Shown in pieces: positions 58,001 through 64,000 of a stretch of 64,000 bases of DNA; the first letter of the stretch is position 1, and each line of letters starts with the position of its first letter. The notes below the pieces were generated by a model. That model worked only from the letters and a program-made list of their open reading frames with translations. It had not been told where the DNA came from and did not search any database. Source of the stretch: an uncultured Eubacterium sp. (GTDB taxonomy: Bacteria; Bacillota; Clostridia; Lachnospirales; Lachnospiraceae); assembly GCA_910583555.1 (NCBI GenBank), contig CAJTXO010000019.1:5379-69378 (forward strand), given 5' to 3'. Made by a program: the position numbers and the translations under genes.

Positions 58001-58835
58001 AATATTCAACGATAACAGTTGGAAGGTTATGAAGGGGCTCGATGACGGACAGGCAAAAAAAGCAGGACTTCCTGACTGGAGGGTTGCGGATCCGAAAGAA
58101 GAACCAGACAAAAATTACAGCAGCTTTTATTTTGATAAACCGGGGAATATACCGATTGTAAACTCACTGCCTAATTTCAGTAAATTTGTAATAACTCCTG
58201 TTTTTGTAGGAGGGACAGCCATAGAAGGAGTTCCTAAAGAGAATGACGGCAAACCAGAGGAAACTTCTAAACCGGTAGTAACGTCGAATCCGGTGGAGCC
58301 CCCTGCTCCGGTTACGGATCTGAAAAAAGGAAGTTCGTTTACGGCGAAGGACATTTCCTATCACGTTGTATCAGTCAACGCTGACAAGAAAACAGGAACC
58401 GTAAAAGTTGACAAGGTATCCACAAACAGTAAATTAAAGAAAATAACGATACCAGATTCGGTTTCTAAAGACGGATGTACTTTTAAAGTTGAAAAGATTA
58501 CGAAGAATGCATTCAGGAACAATAAAAAGGTTACTAAGGTTAAGATTGGAAAAAATGTTAAAGTGATCGAAGACGGCGCATTCAGCGGCTGTAAAAAACT
58601 CCATTCGGTTGTTACTGGCGCGTCGCTTTCTAAAATCGGGAAAAACGTATTTGCTAATGACAAAAGCCTGAAGATAATCGACTTAAGGAACAGTAAGACA
58701 TTAAAGTCTGTTGGCTCGGGAACCTTTAAAGGCATCTCAAAAAAAGCAATGATAAAGGTGCCAAAAGGAAAAATAAAAGCATATAAAAAGCTTTTGAAAA
58801 AGGGAGCGTTAACAAAATCAGTTAAACTAAAATAG
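55071..58835 (+). CDS. Secreted multidomain carbohydrate-active protein: putative clan GH-A catalytic domain, three CBM6/35-like modules, C-terminal BspA-type leucine-rich repeats
   Basis: 1254 aa with a GGAGGT RBS and a signal peptide. Candidate acid/base and nucleophile motifs are LPINEGD and IVINEIAQ. There are three modules of the YEAEEA...G.YKLEFIY type. The LRR_5-like tail is ITKNAFRNNKKVTKVKIGKNVKVIEDGAFSGCKKL. Confidence 0.6.
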   Translation: MRQMLKRILAYTLTAAMVLPAIGTRPRTVAAEDTYAPTMTVDMTNELGDIMHGASGFLYGISSEDVPTMNLITPLKPKVLATKGALGTEHPYADALDVAETFLESGGQMVQMYNSNFYAIFGPKQYYQDYVVQLKEVIVPYVTEWKDNWKKKHHHDPETGLDDLGLNIDKALVYLPINEGDSRRSKVDGEDFRQVFEAYYKAITEVDPLATVGGMNPAEYSWTHVPPEWQWDGWHTWLSYLYDNNALPDVITWHQLERNENRYKNDIDEFTHLRNIFAGEGNEDVPYGKVNNVNVNKIPADTPPIVINEIAQSDECGVPGALVSWLGRFEDAQAYGCLPFWHQADNLNDLAADANEANSAWWLYKWYADMEGQRLKITTDDKYSGLYGVSTIDNKQKKATTLFGLGSEDGDAKVILKDLDKTDTFSAAKKVHVKIDAAYFKGFNSASEPETVLEGAVALTDGDLVIEMKDTLRSTGYRLTVTPAQENEEIGKLKSGPFHAIYEAEEAERVGTGQLGVVTSTKYFLSGARVSEATDDKNQIGGSGLNNFSQNRGLEYQVEVPQTGRYKLEFIYGNQVGMNRGSETKHKPENRKQQLTIDGETSDMILKNTMEKEWTAIYTRYVDWEKGKHSITIMGDTPTAESNIMQDALHVTAASESAEEPTVYNKVFEAEEGDFSFNALHPGVNPAQIKKDIAGYTGSGYVSGLDKKSVEDGGGIRFNVVVEKSGLYHIDLRYRSELAGKATIYTGNAARVFNGNKKEIGVTNTNGTWMNSEVAVYLQKGVNIIDVDATVDIQLDSLHVKEWSEEKNYSQEFNAVDAIPASAKTTDIEYDVWSVRWNEDYKDTIYAGLLNGAEPYATQNTVDKIADSELTPDGEPVSYVVGRSLSGDENAENDVDKYLEFEVSVPNAGIYAMQLFHSNDEIFGTHSYNTKIIDKFANIKVNDEAAKRYFFINTISRDTFKEKTVYIDLKAGKNKIKIFNDNSWKVMKGLDDGQAKKAGLPDWRVADPKEEPDKNYSSFYFDKPGNIPIVNSLPNFSKFVITPVFVGGTAIEGVPKENDGKPEETSKPVVTSNPVEPPAPVTDLKKGSSFTAKDISYHVVSVNADKKTGTVKVDKVSTNSKLKKITIPDSVSKDGCTFKVEKITKNAFRNNKKVTKVKIGKNVKVIEDGAFSGCKKLHSVVTGASLSKIGKNVFANDKSLKIIDLRNSKTLKSVGSGTFKGISKKAMIKVPKGKIKAYKKLLKKGALTKSVKLK

Positions 58836-58890
58836 CGATAATATATGGGCAAGAGGTAGTAAAGCTGTGGGTTTCATACCCTGGTAAACA

Positions 58891-58917
58891 GGGGGCCGTC
58901 GGGAAATGACGGCCCCC
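58891..58917 (+). terminator. GC-rich hairpin downstream of the CBM/LRR gene
   Basis: GGGGGCCGTC-gggaaat-GACGGCCCCC, followed only by a weak T tract (TTCC). Confidence 0.45.
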
Positions 58918-59075
58918 TTCCAATTCCATCAGATTAGGATGCTCAAACAGCCAGATGCCTTCCTTCCCCTTGCTCCAGTTCACCAGCCACTCGTGAATCT
59001 CCTCGTGTGCATTGATGACTGTATTCTTCCCCGTAGTGGCCATGGAGAAACTCCTTTGCGCGTAAAAACGTATTT

Positions 59076-60551
59076 TCATTTCTTAATGATCCACTGGCCC
59101 TTCTTGGTGGAGCCGACTCTTTCTAAAAGTCCTTCATTTTGTAGTTGTTTCAAAACATACTTTACTCCGCTCCTCGACATCCCTGTTTTCTCCGCGAGTT
59201 TTATCTGTGTGATAAAAGGATTTGAGCTGATTTCATTTATGATTTTTTCACATGAACTGTTGCTCTTTATCATTTCTAGGCTAGTTTCTTGGTCAGTTTC
59301 TTGGCTAGTTTCTTGGTCAGTTTCTTGGTCAGTTTCTAGGTTAGTTTCTTGGTCAGTGCTATTTTCACTGTCACTTAACGCCCTGTACAAATTTATTCGC
59401 AGCGCAGTCTCCATATCAACAAACTCCGGCTCAGGAAGTCCATACTCCTTCATTTCCTGAAACAGTCTCGGAATACCGGTACCCCAGCCTTCGATCAGAT
59501 TCATATAAGAAAACGCATGCGCCAGAGCCCTGTTTCTGATTTGAGAATAACCTTCTTTCATCCTATCAATAGTAACTCCCGGCATCAAACCTCCCGGTGA
59601 CGTGATTTCCAATCGGTCGTCGTAAATAGCAACCTGAATATGTGATGATTGCAGGAAACTGCAATTCATCACTGCATTAATGATAATCTCACGAATACTG
59701 TCCGGCGGCAGTTCGTAAATGTCCTTACGATAAAGGCCTTCAATTCTGGCTCCAAGACGGATGTTCCTCAGAACAAACTTAAATGCCTCCTCAACCTGCT
59801 GCCACAACGGGCCTTCATAATCACGCTTATCCACAAATACTGCACGAGTCGTTCCCTTAAACATGCCGCATTGGATTTTTGACAGAAAAACTTCCTGTCC
59901 CGTCAGGAAAATATATGCATTGGTCGGATGAATAACACCCTCTTCGTCCTCCGCCAAAACACCCCAGTTCAGCAGGATATTTTTTGTCACCTCCTTCACC
60001 GACTGACGCTGCGCAGCGTTTTTACAATTAGCAAGAGCAACACCTTTCATATCAGCACAGAGTTTCTCAATGTCCTCCTCGGATACGGACAAATCTCTAC
60101 GAATAACGGTATCATAAGAGCGCCCCTCGGACTCGTAGTACATCTCCTTCGTCATTTCCCTGTCAGCTTTTCTGGAAGTTCCTGACACTCGCATATAAAC
60201 GCCGTCCGTAATACCATCTTGCTTGATGTAGTAGGGTTTCTGCTTTCCTGCGCTGATCTCAACAATGATAATGGTTTTCCCGTCAATCGTCTGCGGGTAA
60301 ACATCCGGCACGATAACCGGCTCACATCTATCCGATATTGCATTTGTAATGGCATCCATTTCGCGGAAAACGCAGTCCTCCGGAATACCGACGATCTCCC
60401 TCGTTTCGTCGTCAATGCCGAAGACAATACGTCCGCCTTTTCCATTGGCAAAGGCAACAACGGACTTCATATATTTTATGCTTTTCTCCGGTCTTTCCAC
60501 CTTGAATTCCACATTTTTAGACTCACCAGCAAGAATCTCTTCTCTGGTCAT
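59076..60551 (-). CDS. AlbA_2 (Schlafen-like) / HATPase_c_4 / wHTH protein (often annotated 'putative DNA-binding, RecG-like ATP-binding')
   Basis: 491 aa. The N-terminus GESKNVEFKVE...VAFANGKGGRIVFGIDDETREIVGI is the AlbA_2 signature. The middle has ITSPGGLMPGVTIDRM...IRNRALAHAF..IEGWGTGI. The C-terminus is a wHTH. Confidence 0.75.
   Translation of the reverse strand: MTREEILAGESKNVEFKVERPEKSIKYMKSVVAFANGKGGRIVFGIDDETREIVGIPEDCVFREMDAITNAISDRCEPVIVPDVYPQTIDGKTIIIVEISAGKQKPYYIKQDGITDGVYMRVSGTSRKADREMTKEMYYESEGRSYDTVIRRDLSVSEEDIEKLCADMKGVALANCKNAAQRQSVKEVTKNILLNWGVLAEDEEGVIHPTNAYIFLTGQEVFLSKIQCGMFKGTTRAVFVDKRDYEGPLWQQVEEAFKFVLRNIRLGARIEGLYRKDIYELPPDSIREIIINAVMNCSFLQSSHIQVAIYDDRLEITSPGGLMPGVTIDRMKEGYSQIRNRALAHAFSYMNLIEGWGTGIPRLFQEMKEYGLPEPEFVDMETALRINLYRALSDSENSTDQETNLETDQETDQETSQETDQETSLEMIKSNSSCEKIINEISSNPFITQIKLAEKTGMSRSGVKYVLKQLQNEGLLERVGSTKKGQWIIKK
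59272..59355 (-). repeat. Seven tandem 12-nt in-frame repeats (GTTTCTTGGTCA) encoding (T/S)-(D/Q/L)-Q/E-E tetrapeptides
   Basis: Units start at 59272, 59284, 59296, 59308, 59320, 59332 and 59344. The peptide is TDQETNLETDQETDQETSQETDQETSLE, lying between the ATPase-like and wHTH domains. Confidence 0.85.
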
Positions 60552-61042
60552 ATTGCTACCTCCATAAATACTCGTCTGCTTTCAAAAGCTGCCCAAAAGC
60601 TATACTTAACATTTCCACGTTCTGTCTTTACTATCCTATGATCATTCGTGTAAGTCAAGAAAATTCTCATGCCACAGGCTGGGTCTGATTTCTTATATCT
60701 TATTCACTTCATAAATCCAATAAAACTGTCTTGGATGTAAACAACCGATCATATTATACTTCAACAATTTGGAAACTACAAGGGGGTTCTTGAAAAAAAC
60801 GTGAGCTGGTACCAATCACTCAATCCAATCGTGCTTTTCATCCCAGTCCAACGCATTGATTTGCTGCATTTCACCTCATTGTGATACATATAGGCGGTAT
60901 TGATCAGGCGAACTCCCCACTTTAGTGCTTCCAAATTGGAAACAAAACTGTATTTCGTCTGGAAAAAATATCAGGTTTTTACCCCGATGGCGGAAAAATT
61001 GCTTGCGAAATTGCGGGTGGGGTAAAACAGGACATTAAACTT

Positions 61043-61222
61043 ATGGAGATTTTGCCAGAGAGTGAACAATTTTTCGCTTTGGAGTTCATCAAAAAGTTAG
61101 TGCTCGCATGGGATCCTGATTTTACAAAACTCACACCTTCAGAGCGAGAAGAACTGGAACAGGCAACAAAGGAAATTGAAAACGGGGAAACCGTATCACA
61201 TGACGCAATTAACTGGGATTAA
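61043..61222 (+). CDS. Possible 59-aa acidic protein (antitoxin-like C-terminus ...ENGETVSHDAINWD)
   Basis: The ORF is below the track cutoff. The frame is open upstream to 60926 without an ATG, so it may be a remnant. Confidence 0.3.
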   Translation: MEILPESEQFFALEFIKKLVLAWDPDFTKLTPSEREELEQATKEIENGETVSHDAINWD

Positions 61223-61565
61223 CGGTCGGAAAAGTGAAAAAATATTGATATTCCCTCAAACTGGGCATATTTTGAAACGGATGCATCAGACAAAATGGCT
61301 GACTTTTTTTGTGTGTCCAACTGTATATTGGGGCTTAGAATACTCATACAATATGGAAGTTAGGAATGAAGATACAAAAGCAAACTTTCTGGGTGCAGTG
61401 AATATGGAAAAAGGGTTGGCGAAACCTTTGAGATTGGTTTGAAAGGTGAAAAAGTAGTCTTAGCAGAATAGGCCCCCCATTTATATGGGAGCCTCTCTAA
61501 TGATACGCATATTGGTATAATACTTAAGGAAAGTATCAGATTCAGAGCAGTCAAAAAAGAACAGC

Positions 61566-62510
61566 TTATGCAAAAGATAAACTGCTCTGAATGTGATTCT
61601 TTCCAATTGTACCAATCCGCGGAACTTTAGCCGGGAGCTGTATGGGGATAGTATCCCTCACAGAAAACCCAAAACGGAATATCAGGACGGTCGGCAGCAC
61701 AGAATACGTACAGATTTTCCTGGTCCGCCTGTTTTTGGGCATGCTCCGCAGGCCTTCCGGCGGGAGGCCTGAAAAAAGTATGGCAGTACCGTGTATCAGG
61801 ATGGAGGGGCATAGTGCCTTACAATCTGTTTCATGGTGCGGCATCCGCATCTGGGACACAGGCAGATGTCAAAGGGGAAAAAACAAGGGAGCCGTTTTGG
61901 TAAAGGGAAGAAAGCTCCGCCATATATTTGCCCTTGAACTTGTCTCGCAGGACTTTTACCGGGATAAAGAATTTACCGGTGGATCTACGGATCTTTCCAT
62001 CACTGGTAAGCCCGCCCCCGGAGACAATGCAGTGCATGTGCACATGATAATCAAGTTCCTGGTTCCATGTATGGAGGACCTGGATGATCCCGGGCGCTGC
62101 CCCGAGCCATTTTTATCCGCAGACAGTTCCAGGACCGTTTCGGCGCAGCACTTGTGAAGAATGCCATACAAAAGCTTCTGATTGCAGCAGATAAGGGGAT
62201 TCAGCTCATGCGGGAGCGTGAATACCACATGGAAATAGGGGGCATCAATGACCTCGGCCCTTCGTTTGTCCACCCAGATTTCCTTCTGGGCTGCCTGGCA
62301 GCTGGGGCAGTTGCGGTTACGGCAGGAATTATTGTGTATTTCCAGGTGGCCGCATTCCGTACACTGGCTGACATTGTACCCGAGGCTGCCGGATCTGCAG
62401 TTTAAGATGGCCTGGGAGGCTTTCCGCTGGACTTCGGACTGGCAGGGCCCGGCGGAAGAAAAATCCTCATAGGAAAACTGCCATATTTTCTGGATTTTCA
62501 GGTCAGCCAT
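61566..62510 (-). pseudogene. IS91-family (Y2/HUH rolling-circle) transposase, frameshifted and internally deleted
   Basis: The N-terminal zinc-binding region (CTECGHLEIHNNSCRNRNCPSCQ) and YFHVVFTLPHEL are intact from the ATG at 62510. A frame break in an A5 run near 62100 follows LSADK and moves to WLGAAPGIIQVLHTWNQELDYHVHMHCIVSGGG. The C-terminal CPRCGC motif is in a third frame. Only about 315 codons remain. Confidence 0.75.
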
Positions 62511-63369
62511 GTTTATTTTCTCCTTTCTGGTCAAAAGGACTGACAGCGCTACGGATGCCGCCGCCGGCAAGATGGACATAGACCGTCGTGGAATTCAGGG
62601 ATTTATGTCCAAGCAGGGCCTTAATGGTAAGCAGGTCTGTGCCATTCTCATAAAGGTGTGTGCCAAAAGCATGCCGGAACGTGTGGCAGGAGAAACGGTG
62701 CGGCCACCCGAGCTCAGCTTCTTTGGCGGAGATAAACTGGTTGGCCGTATAGGAAGCCATGGGACGGGAAGGATCGTCACGGTTGGGGAAAAGGAGCCCG
62801 GAAGGCCTGCCGTATTCAAGCCAGTAACACGTCAGGATATCAAGGGTGTTTTTTGCGAGGATGGCAAAACGGGACAAGCGGTTTTTGGAGGAACGGATAT
62901 GCATGCGCATGGAAGACCGGCTGATGTCCCCATAATGCAGCCGGCAGACTTCACCGATCCGGAGCCCCGCAGAATACATGAGGGCAACGATGGCCTTATG
63001 TTTCAGATTGGAAAAAGAATCAATAAAAAAGAACACTTCCTTCTGTGAAGGGACATAGGGAAGGTATTCATCAAACCTGCGCATGGGCAGCTGGGTGTCA
63101 TCCCAGGGCCTGTGGAGGACATAGAGGGTAAAGAAACGCAGCTGGGAAATGGCGCAGTTGATGGTCCTGTCAGAGAGGTTTCTAGAACGCTGCAGCCAGC
63201 GGATGAAGCCGCGCAGGTCATCCCATGAGACATCTTCGGGAACCTTGTGAAGGACAAGGGAAAGATAATCGAGATAAGCCCGGATATAAGTACAGTAGCT
63301 TTTAAGGGTATGGTCAGTCAGACCGCGCAGGGAGATCATCTCCCGGAAAGAATTCAAATATTTGTCCAT
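62503..63369 (-). CDS. Tyrosine recombinase (phage-integrase family) associated with the IS91-like element
   Basis: 288 aa. Catalytic residues are in context: LRIGEV (R), HTFRHAF (HxxR), GHKSL...TVYVH (H, Y). The stop overlaps the transposase ATG. Confidence 0.85.
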   Translation of the reverse strand: MDKYLNSFREMISLRGLTDHTLKSYCTYIRAYLDYLSLVLHKVPEDVSWDDLRGFIRWLQRSRNLSDRTINCAISQLRFFTLYVLHRPWDDTQLPMRRFDEYLPYVPSQKEVFFFIDSFSNLKHKAIVALMYSAGLRIGEVCRLHYGDISRSSMRMHIRSSKNRLSRFAILAKNTLDILTCYWLEYGRPSGLLFPNRDDPSRPMASYTANQFISAKEAELGWPHRFSCHTFRHAFGTHLYENGTDLLTIKALLGHKSLNSTTVYVHLAGGGIRSAVSPFDQKGENKHG

Positions 63370-63693
63370 AATGGAACCTCCTTAAATTTGGTGTCTGGCA
63401 ATGCTTCATGAAAAAAGGCCGGGCACCCGGAGGAGGACGGACAAAAAAACAAAATATGTAGTTGTTGGATTTTAAAAAATATGGTAACATAAGCATAGCA
63501 GTTTTTGTTTTGTTTTAAGTTGTCTTGTGGTGATTCAATAATAAAACAAATATACAAAAACTGCTACCTTTATTTTAGAAAAAAGGGTAAAAATTTGATG
63601 AAAGTTGGCAAGCTGCCGCGTAGCGGCTTGGTACAATAAGTGCAGGATTTTTAGTATTTTCAGTTCAAAAATTTTGCACTTGGAGGCCGGCTT

Positions 63694-64000
63694 ATGTATA
63701 AAAAACCAGATTATGCCCAGACCGACATTTATGATTTTATCCTTCCCTTCGGCGGGCATCTGGATGAAAATAACCGGTGGGTCATCCTGAGAAGATCCAT
63801 CGACTGGAAGATCATACATGAGGTTTATGAAAAGAATTTCGACAATAAGAACACCGGCAACGTAGCCCTTTCAGCCGAGATCGCATTTGGATCGCTGTAC
63901 ATACAGAGAAAACTATCACTGACGGACAGGGAACTTGTGGATCAGATCAGCGGGAATCCGTACATGCAGTATTTCATCGGTCTTAAGGAATTCCGTACAG
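63694..64000 (+). CDS. IS1182/IS5-like (DDE, DUF772 N-terminal domain) transposase, 5' part (runs off window)
   Basis: ATG at 63694 with a GGAGG RBS. MYKKPDYAQTDIYDFILPFGGHLDENNRWVILRRSIDW...LTDRELVDQISGNPYMQYFIGL matches the conserved N-terminus of this transposase family. Confidence 0.75.
   Translation, partial: MYKKPDYAQTDIYDFILPFGGHLDENNRWVILRRSIDWKIIHEVYEKNFDNKNTGNVALSAEIAFGSLYIQRKLSLTDRELVDQISGNPYMQYFIGLKEFRT

Larger units (their letters stand above)
61560..63400 (-). mobile_element. Decayed integrase + IS91-like transposase unit
   Basis: The two genes are overlapping and co-oriented, the transposase is degraded, and the adjacent DNA is low-GC and non-coding. The ends are not defined. 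Confidence 0.55.

Noticed and set aside
58822-59079. An 85-aa ORF, including the internal start MATTGKNTVINAHEEIHEWLVNW, between the CBM/LRR gene and the AlbA_2 gene.
   Set aside because: It overlaps the 3' end of the 55071..58835 gene and contains the GC-rich terminator hairpin within its frame. It has no convincing RBS and no recognisable motif. It is possibly a remnant, but not supportable as a gene.
61176-61442. An 88-aa plus-strand ORF in the low-GC spacer.
   Set aside because: It has no RBS, no motif and an unusual composition. It overlaps the stop region of the better-supported small ORF and is likely random in AT-rich DNA.

Overview
This 64-kb window looks like chromosomal DNA from a motile, anaerobic Firmicute, probably Clostridia or Lachnospiraceae-like. 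Flanking G+C is about 50%, estimated by eye. All product calls rest on motif recognition in the supplied translations; no database search was run.

Most of the window is ordinary:
- **Regulators and housekeeping:** a LacI-type regulator, a NYN/LabA-like gene, a metallophosphoesterase, a thioesterase and a five-tRNA cluster (Pro-Gly, then Arg-His-Gln) with two near-consensus promoters. There is also a GH25 muramidase, hisC, two further class I/II aminotransferases, TrmL, an Lrp regulator, an AIR-synthase-like protein, a VanW-family protein, a B12/radical-SAM enzyme and an O-antigen-ligase-like membrane protein.
- **Signalling, metals and sugars:** an MCP and CheX, an [FeFe]-hydrogenase next to an OmpR-type two-component system, and a csoR-copA copper operon. 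An alpha-glucoside operon encodes PTS EIICBA, a GH4 6-phospho-alpha-glucosidase and a small membrane protein.
- **Secreted carbohydrate-active proteins:** a GH127-like enzyme, a GH43 enzyme and a 1254-aa CBM/LRR protein.

The accessory content is concentrated in three places:
- **AT-rich islet (about 36.3-39.5 kb).** It holds a decayed ABC-exporter pseudogene and an intact two-gene cassette. The cassette pairs a 427-aa ABC/AAA_21-like ATPase with a 142-aa protein carrying a D...ExK (PD-(D/E)xK nuclease-like) motif. Both genes start at TTG. This is my best candidate for an undescribed anti-phage or anti-plasmid system.
- **Giant surface protein.** A monocistronic 2557-aa gene sits divergent from an AgrA/AgrC-like LytTR two-component system, with a 10-bp direct-repeat pair at 21-bp spacing between them.
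- **Right-hand 5 kb.** It contains an AlbA_2/Schlafen-like protein with a 12-nt x 7 in-frame repeat, a decayed integrase plus IS91-like element, and the start of an IS1182/IS5-like transposase.

Other points worth a look:
- An XRE HTH fused to an FlhA-C-like domain.
- A consensus promoter whose spacer is a perfect CsoR-type palindrome.
- A repeat-structured leader in front of the NYN gene.
- A 19-bp perfect inverted repeat in front of the PTS operon.
- Extremely Lys-rich Big_2-like modules that recur on four secreted proteins.
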